26,309 nt of DNA from a virus (taxonomy: Duplodnaviria; Caudoviricetes). How positions within the stretch are numbered: the first letter of the stretch is position 1; each line of letters starts with the position of its first letter. The notes under the pieces are model-generated. The model searched no databases and had not been told where the DNA came from. It worked only from the letters and a program-made list of their open reading frames with translations. The position numbers were made by a program, and so were the translations under genes. Shown piece after piece: positions 15,911 to 23,463 of the stretch. Location of the stretch: the IMG/VR virus record IMGVR_UViG_3300017548_000192, positions 1 through 26,309 of that record; one strand, 5' to 3'.

Positions 15911-16279
15911 CTACTCCACCACCCCTTCCCGTACGATAAACTCCAGCCAGGCGTTTTTGCCGTCCGGGTCGGCGAGCGGCGAGACAATCGCGAACGATCG
16001 GCCCGTGCGCGCGTCAACAACCCGCCACGCCGTGGTCACCTGCAGCGCCGCGGCATGCTGCCGAACGGTTACAACATAGGGCTGTATGCCGCCCAATCTG
16101 TCGGCCATGACGGCCTCCGAGCCGCGAAGCGGACGCATGGCGGCATAGGCGGAAAACACCGTCTCCCAATCTCCCGCGCCGGTAGTAATGTCGCCCCAGC
16201 CGTTGTCCAAGTCGCCTTTGCGCTGGAAATGGAGGTAGTCCCGAAGCGCGCCGGCTCTAAATGCTACGTCTCTTGCCAT
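15911..16279 (-). CDS. Head closure protein (SPP1 gp16 / HK97 gp7-like)
   Basis: AGALRDYLHFQR...GSEAVMADRL.G.QP..VTVR...VTTAWRVVD motif. Confidence 0.85.
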   Translation of the reverse strand: MARDVAFRAGALRDYLHFQRKGDLDNGWGDITTGAGDWETVFSAYAAMRPLRGSEAVMADRLGGIQPYVVTVRQHAAALQVTTAWRVVDARTGRSFAIVSPLADPDGKNAWLEFIVREGVVE

Positions 16280-16472
16280 AGCGGCGCGCCCCCAGCGTCT
16301 CCGCCAGGTCCGAAGGCGGCTTCACGAACGGAACCGCCTCGGCCTTGCCGAGCTTGATCGCCTGCTCCGCACAGGCCCCATGGACAAGGCCGGACCACCC
16401 GGCCTTGTAGCCGATCGTGACCCCCGGCTTCGGCTTGTAGTCGTAGTCAGCGGTGAACCTTATGCGGGGCAT
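16257..16472 (-). CDS. Small conserved-type phage hypothetical protein (71 aa)
   Basis: AGGAGG RBS; MPRIRFTADYDYKP...YKAG...CAEQAIKLGKA; lies within the neck module. Confidence 0.7.
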   Translation of the reverse strand: MPRIRFTADYDYKPKPGVTIGYKAGWSGLVHGACAEQAIKLGKAEAVPFVKPPSDLAETLGARRYGKRRSI

Positions 16473-16481
16473 GCGGGCCTC

Positions 16482-16829
16482 CTAGGACATGGACGGATCG
16501 CGAAGGCGCCAAAGCAGCGCAGCTATCGTATTTTTCGATGGATCGACGTTCGCCCCCGAAAGCCCGGACAGGATCGCCGTATTCTCCTCGCTCTCGTCCA
16601 CGAGGCACCGCACTGCGACAAGGATGGCGGCCGTAACGCGCGGCGGAACGTCAAGAGGCACCCACGACGGGGCGGGCTTCGGCTGGATGAAGTCCAGCAC
16701 GATGTCCTCCGCCTGAGCGATCTTCAGAAGGATGTCGGGGGTGCGCTCATCTGCGGTGAAATCAGGGGGCGTGCCCTGAAGCCCGAGCCGCAGGGCCGCG
16801 TTTACCTGCGCCAGCGTCACAAGCGCCAT
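16482..16829 (-). CDS. Head-tail connector (HK97 gp6-like adaptor)
   Basis: MALVTLAQVNAALRL...AEDIVLDFI...VPPRVTAAILV...LLWRLRDP; AAGGA RBS before ATG at 16829. Confidence 0.85.
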   Translation of the reverse strand: MALVTLAQVNAALRLGLQGTPPDFTADERTPDILLKIAQAEDIVLDFIQPKPAPSWVPLDVPPRVTAAILVAVRCLVDESEENTAILSGLSGANVDPSKNTIAALLWRLRDPSMS

Positions 16830-16831
16830 GG

Positions 16832-17599
16832 CTATGCGTCCTTGCCATTTTGGCCGCGCTTCACGGCTAGCCGCCACCCGCTATCGGGCGTGTCCGGTTT
16901 GCCTGGTCCGTCCTTCTGCGCGATCCAATAAGAACCGCCCCAAGTCACGCCATTGCCCTTGCGGTAGGTCTTGATCGGGTTGTAGACGCCACAATCAACC
17001 GGCACGGGCAGAGCGAAAGCCTTCACCTCGTCACCACGCTGAAACTTGATGGCTATGCCATCGTCTGCGATAGCAAGGTCGAGGTCGTCAAAACCAAGTC
17101 CGTCCTTGCCGTCCTTGCCGTCAACTCCATTTGTTCCGGGGGCGCCGGGAGCGCCATCCTTGCCATCGGCCCCAGGAAGCCCAGTGATGTCGCCCAAATC
17201 ACGCGTCGTTCCGTTGCTCATCGAGGCAATCAGATGACCATTCGCGTCACGGAAGAACTCAACCGCATCCAGCCCGTCGCGGCCAGGAGGGCCTGCTGGT
17301 CCTTGCTCACCCTTCTCGCCAGCAGGTCCGCGTTCGCCATCCTTCGGATACGGGAGTGCTGCAACCGCCTTGGCGACCTCCTCGGCGGCTATACGCGCTA
17401 CAGCCTCATCAATCATGCGCTGCACTTCCGCCATGTCGACGTCTTTGCCGTCGCGGCCGGTTTCGCCTTTCTCGCCCCGCACAGGAGCGCGCGCCTCAAG
17501 CGCTTTCAGCCGCTCCTCGACGACGGCAAAACTACGGTCAACGTAGCCCTTGACCGCCTCAAATCCGGCATCTAGCGCCTTCGTGATGTCGAACTTCAT
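16832..17599 (-). CDS. Collagen-like (Gly-X-Y) virion protein with coiled coils and an aromatic C-terminal domain
   Basis: Three G-X-Y tracts (GEKGETGRDGKD; GERGPAGEKGEQGPAGPPGRDGLD; GLPGADGKDGAPGAPGTNGVDGKDGKDGLG) and C-terminal YRKGNGVTWGGSYWIA...WRLAVKRG. ATGA overlap with the portal stop. Confidence 0.85.
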   Translation of the reverse strand: MKFDITKALDAGFEAVKGYVDRSFAVVEERLKALEARAPVRGEKGETGRDGKDVDMAEVQRMIDEAVARIAAEEVAKAVAALPYPKDGERGPAGEKGEQGPAGPPGRDGLDAVEFFRDANGHLIASMSNGTTRDLGDITGLPGADGKDGAPGAPGTNGVDGKDGKDGLGFDDLDLAIADDGIAIKFQRGDEVKAFALPVPVDCGVYNPIKTYRKGNGVTWGGSYWIAQKDGPGKPDTPDSGWRLAVKRGQNGKDA

Positions 17600-18948
17600 G
17601 CTGACGCCTTCTGGATAGCCGAATCTGCGAAACGGAATGTATTGGCTGCGATCGAGAGCGCGACCGCAGCTTCGGCCTCGGTTCCCTCATCGGTGTCGGA
17701 CTCAGGCGCATTCGCCTGCGCGATCAACTGCGCGTCACGCGCGGCGATCGCTTCAATCGAATGGTCTTGCTGCTGCAGGTAGACCGTATCACCGCCGGTG
17801 ATTTTGGGCCGATTGACCCTCGCGCGGCGCTCGTCCAACGTCTCCACGGACTTGGACTTCTCCAACACGTCCATCAACGTGACACTGTCCATGCGAAGCA
17901 GTCCGTCGATATCGAATTCGGTGCCGAGCTTGTCTCCGGTGTTCAGACCTTCATCAAGGCACAGCTCAATGTCTTCAAGGTGCTTCTGCAGGCACTGGCT
18001 GTAGTATTCTGTATTAAGGGCCTGCACATTGTTGTAGGTCGGCATCTGACCCATCCCCACCTTGTAGGGGGGCACATGGTAAGTCGAACATACGACCTCA
18101 GCCGACCACTTCAGCTGCTCGATAAGCTGTGCATCAACGGAAGTTAGCGCCATGCGCTCGAACTTCAGGCCGTCGCCAAGCACCGCGACCTTGCCGATAT
18201 TGTTGCCGGCGTATTTTTCTTCCCAGGTCTCTTTGAGACGATCCGCAGTATCCTGCTCGATATGTCCAGGGGCGGTAAGAATGCCGGGCGCGGTGCCACC
18301 GTTCTGGAACACTCGGGTGGAATTAGACTGAATGCTTAACCCCTGCGTGGCGGCAAGGCCGTTGGCAAAGATTGGAGAGAGTCCCACCAGCGGGTGAAAA
18401 AACGTGTTGAACCGATCGTGGATGATCTCCCTGGCCGGCACCACAACCTGGACAGGTAGGCCCGACAAACTGTCGGTGCTCAACTCATAGAACACCGATC
18501 CGTCGTCGGAGACCATCGGTCGAACCAGCTTGGGATCCAGCACATAGAGCTTGGTAACGACCCCCCGCCCGTCCCTGCCCTTGAGTACGTAAGTGTTGCC
18601 GCTCTGGAGTTTGGACAGCACCCAAGACTCAAAGAACTGAATGCGGTTCTGGAAATGGTTCGGCTTACGAAGGACAGGATTGTACGCGGACTTAGCAACC
18701 TCGGTCCAAATGCCATCCCTGTCTTCGACGAGCTTTATGCGCAACTTCGAGATGTCACTGGCGATCAGCGTTTGGCAGGCGAAAACCGCATGGAAGGACA
18801 GAATGGATTCGGGCTTGAGCTCGATATTGCGCTGCCACGCGCCCGGAAACGATTCCCTAATCAACGGGAACCACCCTCTATTCGTGTCCACGGGCGCAAT
18901 CGCCTTCTGCCCGCCTGTGAACGGGATCGGCAGGCCGAAGAATTTCAT
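17596..18948 (-). CDS. Portal protein, HK97 family (450 aa)
   Basis: VFACQTLIASDISKL, LRKPNHFQ, GNTY, EIIHDR...GLSPI, DAQLIEQLKW and YHVPPYK motifs. G-rich RBS before ATG at 18948. Confidence 0.93.
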   Translation of the reverse strand: MKFFGLPIPFTGGQKAIAPVDTNRGWFPLIRESFPGAWQRNIELKPESILSFHAVFACQTLIASDISKLRIKLVEDRDGIWTEVAKSAYNPVLRKPNHFQNRIQFFESWVLSKLQSGNTYVLKGRDGRGVVTKLYVLDPKLVRPMVSDDGSVFYELSTDSLSGLPVQVVVPAREIIHDRFNTFFHPLVGLSPIFANGLAATQGLSIQSNSTRVFQNGGTAPGILTAPGHIEQDTADRLKETWEEKYAGNNIGKVAVLGDGLKFERMALTSVDAQLIEQLKWSAEVVCSTYHVPPYKVGMGQMPTYNNVQALNTEYYSQCLQKHLEDIELCLDEGLNTGDKLGTEFDIDGLLRMDSVTLMDVLEKSKSVETLDERRARVNRPKITGGDTVYLQQQDHSIEAIAARDAQLIAQANAPESDTDEGTEAEAAVALSIAANTFRFADSAIQKASA

Positions 18949-18967
18949 GAATTTCCCCCCTTGAGGG

Positions 18968-19858
18968 CTAGATCGACCGTCCGCACCAAATGGGCTCATA
19001 GCCGTGCATCAGGGCCAGCGCTTCGGCATGATCGTCATCGCGCGCTACCGCCAACACATCACCCGGCCAGTGTTCGGCTGCCTCGGGAGACGCAATCACC
19101 GCGCCCCACTCGTCCTCGACGCATTCGAGATCGTCCCAAACCGATGGCGCATATCCGAGTAGCAGCGCTTTTCCCCTCACGTCGCGGCGATAGTTCGCGC
19201 GTACAAGCGGGTGCTCGATCACTTGCCACGGCTTTGGGTTGCCGGGGAAGAAGGTCACGGTGGGCGTTCCGGTGTTGCGTCGGCTGCCCCACCACTGCAC
19301 CCCGTCCTCTGGGCCCCATGTGGCTTCCCCGCGACCCAGGACGTGACTGATCCACGCCTGATCGGACCCGATATAGCGCTGCCCCGCGGCTTTCGCCCCC
19401 TCCGGGGTGAAGCGCTTATAGACCTCAGGACGTGCGCCGGCGGTCATCATGACCATGCTGCCATTGTACGGTCGGCTTTCGTGCGTGCCGCGGTACATGA
19501 CGAAATCGTCCGCGCGATCGAACAACGGATCGAGCGAACCGGAAATCACGCAATCCATATCCATGGACACGAAGCGCTCGCCAAACCGATCAACCGCATC
19601 GGGCGCGAACATAGCGATCCGCCGCAAGCATTGCGGCTTGTCCTCGCCCCATGTCGGGATTCGTACGTTCTCGAACTCTCGCGGCGGCTCGATAACCGCT
19701 AAGTCGCCATAGTCGCCGGGGATATCCGTCACCACGGCGAGCCGGTGCGGCAGCGTCAGATTGCGACGGACCATATCCCCCCAAATTCGGACGTGCTCGG
19801 GCTTGTAGGTGGCGCGGCCATTGGGCTGGAGCCAGTACCAAGTTGCTACTGTGAGCAT
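18968..19858 (-). CDS. Glycosyltransferase, GT-A fold (DxD), with extra C-terminal domain
   Basis: YKPEHV...MVRRNLTLPHRLAVVTD, FVSMDMDCVISGSLD (DxD), YNGSMV, GSDQAWIS and FFPGNPKPW match the GT8-like pattern. Confidence 0.8.
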   Translation of the reverse strand: MLTVATWYWLQPNGRATYKPEHVRIWGDMVRRNLTLPHRLAVVTDIPGDYGDLAVIEPPREFENVRIPTWGEDKPQCLRRIAMFAPDAVDRFGERFVSMDMDCVISGSLDPLFDRADDFVMYRGTHESRPYNGSMVMMTAGARPEVYKRFTPEGAKAAGQRYIGSDQAWISHVLGRGEATWGPEDGVQWWGSRRNTGTPTVTFFPGNPKPWQVIEHPLVRANYRRDVRGKALLLGYAPSVWDDLECVEDEWGAVIASPEAAEHWPGDVLAVARDDDHAEALALMHGYEPIWCGRSI

Positions 19859-20136
19859 GTGTAGCCCGCTTTAAGCTCTTTCATGCGCCGGTCCATACAC
19901 TTCCCGTAATGATAGCCCGCCGCCGCTAGGAGCTTGATCTGCGAGCGTTGCGGCTCCGGAATGGTGCGGGCGACCCTAACAATCTCCCTCATCGTCTCGC
20001 ACAGCGTCATGCGGCCGGAGTGATGGTCCGGATTTATCCGATACTTGAGTGGGAGGGCGGCCGTGGCTTCGATGAATGACATGCCATTCGGCACATCGCC
20101 CATATTGGTCACGCCGACTTCCCGTGGGTCTCCCAT
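19846..20136 (-). CDS. Hypothetical protein (96 aa)
   Basis: Overlaps both neighbouring genes, has a GAGG RBS, and carries a helical TLCETMREI...GKCMDRRMKELK segment. Confidence 0.7.
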   Translation of the reverse strand: MGDPREVGVTNMGDVPNGMSFIEATAALPLKYRINPDHHSGRMTLCETMREIVRVARTIPEPQRSQIKLLAAAGYHYGKCMDRRMKELKAGYTCSQ

Positions 20137-20939
20137 GCCTCGCCCCTCATTTCCGCATTCGCCGCCCGCACCGCTTTAAGCAGCGTGGCGTCCACCCCCG
20201 CCTTCTCGGCCTCGTCGATCAGCGCCGACATGTCTTTCGGCAAGCATTTGCCGCCATATCCGGGCTCATCAGCAAACACCGATGTGTGGCTGCGCCCGAT
20301 GCGACTATCGAGCAGCCAGAGTTCCCTGACCGCCTTCCAGTCCACGCCGTGAGCAGCGCAGATGCGCGCGGCCTCATTGACGAACGTGACCTTCGTTGCG
20401 AGGAAGGCGTTCTCAAATCGTTTGGTCAATTCCGCTTCCAAAGCGGAACAGGCAACATATTTCGCGTCTGCGGCCATCACACGCGCGAAGTAATCCAGTA
20501 CCTCGCTCGCACGCGGGCCGCCTGCGATCACGAAGTCATGGCTGCGGCTATCGAGCGGGTCGGGATACTTCCAGGGCGCCACAAACCGCGTGCCCTCGCC
20601 GACATACTCCGGCGAAACCGCGATACGGTCAGTCTTGTGTTCCGCGTTCAGGCGATCAGTCGTTCCCGGCGGAACCGCCGACTTAATGCAGACCATGGCG
20701 CCGGGCGCGTATGTCAACGCCGTCTCGACTGCGGCCTCAACATGCCGAACGTCACAGCTGCCATCCGCTGCCATCGGCGTGGGAACGCAGATCAGCACAA
20801 GGTCGCTGCCACGCAAATCGTCCGGGCTGGGCTGCGTGGCCGTGTCGTAGATCGCAATGTCGAATGCAGGCGTGAACAACCGCTCCATCGCCTTGCCGAC
20901 GAAACCGTGGCCCACAATGCCGATCTGCTTACGCCTCAC
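20109..20939 (-). CDS. UDP-glucose/GDP-mannose dehydrogenase family protein, short form (276 aa; NAD-binding + central domains only)
   Basis: GIVGHGFVG (GxGxxG), ICVPTP, IKSAVPPG, SPEY, AELTKRFENAFLATKVTFVNE, DSRIG, and GYGGKCLPKD (catalytic Cys). GGAG RBS and GTG start at 20939, overlapping the upstream gene end. Confidence 0.9.
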   Translation of the reverse strand: MRRKQIGIVGHGFVGKAMERLFTPAFDIAIYDTATQPSPDDLRGSDLVLICVPTPMAADGSCDVRHVEAAVETALTYAPGAMVCIKSAVPPGTTDRLNAEHKTDRIAVSPEYVGEGTRFVAPWKYPDPLDSRSHDFVIAGGPRASEVLDYFARVMAADAKYVACSALEAELTKRFENAFLATKVTFVNEAARICAAHGVDWKAVRELWLLDSRIGRSHTSVFADEPGYGGKCLPKDMSALIDEAEKAGVDATLLKAVRAANAEMRGEAWETHGKSA

Positions 20940-21363
20940 CAGTCTTCTCCGGAGGATTGTCCCGGTCAGCCTCGGTCGCAGCGATGATCGCGCGGGCCTT
21001 CTCTGTCTTAGTTTGACCCTCTCTGGGCTCGAAGTCGCTTCCAACCAACTCACGGGCAAGCGCCACGATCTTGGTGTGGTGCATGCCTTCCCACCCCTCT
21101 GGGACTGGCACCTGCGTACCATCGGGGGTCGGCGGCTCGCCCGACAATTCGCTAGCGCCTGAGGCGGGCTTTACCGGCTTCGCCTTAGCCACTACTGACT
21201 TCGGCGGCGCATCAACCCGGCCGGGGGCGCGCTTGCGCTTGGCTTTCTTGGCGTAGGTCAAGATAGTGGCGTCACGCTCGGACGCCAGAAACTCGTCGCC
21301 AGCCTGCAGTCTGCGGGTGGCGTAGGTCATCGCCTTGTTGGCGATCAAAGAAACTTTGGTCAT
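20929..21363 (-). CDS. Capsid-associated hypothetical protein (144 aa; two small domains joined by a basic, Pro/Ser-rich linker)
   Basis: GAGGAG RBS; MTYATRRLQAGDEF N-terminal motif; immediately follows the major capsid gene. Confidence 0.75.
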   Translation of the reverse strand: MTKVSLIANKAMTYATRRLQAGDEFLASERDATILTYAKKAKRKRAPGRVDAPPKSVVAKAKPVKPASGASELSGEPPTPDGTQVPVPEGWEGMHHTKIVALARELVGSDFEPREGQTKTEKARAIIAATEADRDNPPEKTGEA

Positions 21364-21376
21364 TCAACTCTCCTCT

Positions 21377-21407
21377 AAGAAAGAAGCGGGCGCCCGAAAG
21401 CGCCCGC
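21377..21407 (-). terminator. Intrinsic terminator after the major capsid gene
   Basis: Minus strand reads GCGGGCGC-TTTCGG-GCGCCCGC-TTCTTTCTT. Confidence 0.75.
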
Positions 21408-21416
21408 CGTTAGGTA

Positions 21417-22808
21417 TTAAGAGGCCGGAACCGCTCCGCCCCAGTTCACACCGGTCAGGTACGCAACACCCGAAGCACGGCGACGTGCCCAGTTGATGGT
21501 ACGCTCGGCGCGGAAAGCCACGCTGTTGGTCTGGAACATCGACACCAGCGAGGCCGCGGTCGGCGTGGTGCTGTCGTGGGTAGGAGCGTCGTTCATCTCG
21601 AGCGAAGCTTCACGGCTCATATCGACCGCAACACCACCGTCGTCTGCGAGATAGATGTCCGATGCGTTAGCCAGAACCACGATGTTGCCGATGTAATCGG
21701 AAACAATCACCGGAAGACCTTCGAACGTGCCGCCGGTCATTCCGATGTTCGGGAACTCGCGCTGTCCGAGAGTGTTCACCAGCAGCGAAAGCGCCAGAGC
21801 CGTGGTCGAGCTCATCAGCCACACGCCGGAGCTCGGCGCGTTGTTAGCATCGACGAACTTCTGGAACAGCGCGCGGACATCAAGGCGGATAGCGTCGGCA
21901 TCCGTGCCGGTCGAAGCCACGGTGTCGGCGCCATTGGTGATGGACGCAGGCGACACGCCGGTCACAGCGGCCTTCGACGGCGCGATGAAGTCGGTATCCA
22001 GGCGAGCGCGGAGCGCTTCAGCAAGCTGGTCACGAACGATCATTTCGGCCGAAGGCGAACTGTCGCGCAGAACTTCCTCGGTCAGAACTGCGATGTTGGC
22101 AACCTTGAGGGGTTCCAGCGTGGTGCGGCTGAAGTCGAACTTGGTCAGCGGCTTGGCCTTGCCTTCACCAACCCAGTAACCCTCGCCACCGGAAGTCTGA
22201 CCAATCAACGGAACCCGGAACGGAACGCGACGGAGGCCGGGAACACCGTTCGAGCCAAAGCGGCCAAGAATGGTGGACGGGCGGAGATATTCAACGAAGT
22301 CGGCAAAGGCCGAGGTTTCATCGCCAACCAAATTTCCGGCCCAGGTGGTGTTGCCCGTGTTTCCAGCAGGAATCGCCGCCTTGGCAAAGAAGCCGTAGGT
22401 CGAGGAATCTTCGCCGTAAAGCTCGCGAGCCTTTTCGCGGACGCTGTCGCCATCAAGCTTGGCCAGCGCCTTTACCTTGGCGAGCCGGGCGAAACCAACG
22501 CCGGGCTGAAGCTTGGGCTGGGTCTTGATCTGCGCGGGCACGCCTGCGCGGGTGGCGGTGCCGGCTTCCGGCGTGTTGCCGTCCACGGGCTTGGCGGTTT
22601 CCATCGCGGCCTTCTCGGCAGCGCGGAGACGCTTCAGGTGGCCGTCGATTTCGATGATGTCGGCCTCGTTGCCGTCGTACTCTTCCTTCTGAGCGGCATC
22701 AAGGGTGGTGCCATCCTCTGCCGATTTGGCCAGGATGTTGTCATTGGCGGCGACGAGCGAAGCGCGCTTCTGCTCAAACGCCGCAATCTGTTCGGCATAC
22801 TTGCTCAC
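21417..22808 (-). CDS. Major capsid protein, HK97 fold, with N-terminal delta/scaffold coiled coil
   Basis: WVGEGKAKP, LEPLKVANIAVLTEEVLRDSSP and MFQTNSVAFRAERTINW motifs. GGAGG RBS and GTG start overlapping the protease stop. Confidence 0.95.
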   Translation of the reverse strand: MSKYAEQIAAFEQKRASLVAANDNILAKSAEDGTTLDAAQKEEYDGNEADIIEIDGHLKRLRAAEKAAMETAKPVDGNTPEAGTATRAGVPAQIKTQPKLQPGVGFARLAKVKALAKLDGDSVREKARELYGEDSSTYGFFAKAAIPAGNTGNTTWAGNLVGDETSAFADFVEYLRPSTILGRFGSNGVPGLRRVPFRVPLIGQTSGGEGYWVGEGKAKPLTKFDFSRTTLEPLKVANIAVLTEEVLRDSSPSAEMIVRDQLAEALRARLDTDFIAPSKAAVTGVSPASITNGADTVASTGTDADAIRLDVRALFQKFVDANNAPSSGVWLMSSTTALALSLLVNTLGQREFPNIGMTGGTFEGLPVIVSDYIGNIVVLANASDIYLADDGGVAVDMSREASLEMNDAPTHDSTTPTAASLVSMFQTNSVAFRAERTINWARRRASGVAYLTGVNWGGAVPAS

Positions 22809-23452
22809 GAGGTGGTCCTCCGAATTGAGCGAATAACAAAGGGTTTGGAGGCCCTGTCGCGGGCGGGGGTATCCAGCCTCACCACGCGCCCCTTGGTGCC
22901 GGTCGCGGCGGGGTCAGGCTCGGTCGGGATAGGGTTGTCGGCGCTTGGAGCGCCGATATCGTGCTGCTTGATCACGGCGACCGCCTCGGCATCCAATGCC
23001 TTGGTCCCAGTGATAAGAGCTTCTGCGTTAGCCGGGATGGTCACCGCCGAAAGCTCGTAAACTTCTGATTTGATGAACCGAATTCCGCCCTCATCCATGA
23101 AGGCGTACTCAATCGGCCGGAACCCGATCGACACGGCCCGTACAAGACCCAGCTTGATCGACTGCCAAGCCTCCTCAATGCGGTCGCGAAGCGTGCCTTC
23201 CTCGGCAACCTCCGGCAATTCGGCCTCGAACGTGATTCCGTCCGCGGTCGGTTTGTCGAACTTCACCGTGCCAATCGGCTGGTCGTGCCGGTGCTGCCAC
23301 AAAAGCGGAAGCGGGTTCTTGAACGTCACGCCAAGCGGCTCAACGATGTCACCTACCCGGTCAACGCCAGGGGTCGTGGCCACGCCGCGAATAACGCGCT
23401 TGGCCTCGTCGACGGCTTTCACCGTCAACGCGGAATATGCTCTTGTTTCCAT
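22805..23452 (-). CDS. Prohead maturation protease, HK97 family
   Basis: GVATTPGVDRVGDIVEP, LLWQH (His), VSIGF (Ser) and ELSAVTIPAN motifs. Confidence 0.93.
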   Translation of the reverse strand: METRAYSALTVKAVDEAKRVIRGVATTPGVDRVGDIVEPLGVTFKNPLPLLWQHRHDQPIGTVKFDKPTADGITFEAELPEVAEEGTLRDRIEEAWQSIKLGLVRAVSIGFRPIEYAFMDEGGIRFIKSEVYELSAVTIPANAEALITGTKALDAEAVAVIKQHDIGAPSADNPIPTEPDPAATGTKGRVVRLDTPARDRASKPFVIRSIRRTTS

Positions 23453-23463
23453 GATTCCCCTGT

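Noticed and set aside
18968-20939. gtrABC-type O-antigen conversion or DNA-glucosylation locus
   Set aside because: There are no TM flippase or membrane GT genes and no linked base-hydroxymethylase, and the genes are coupled into the late head operon. Disfavoured, not excluded.
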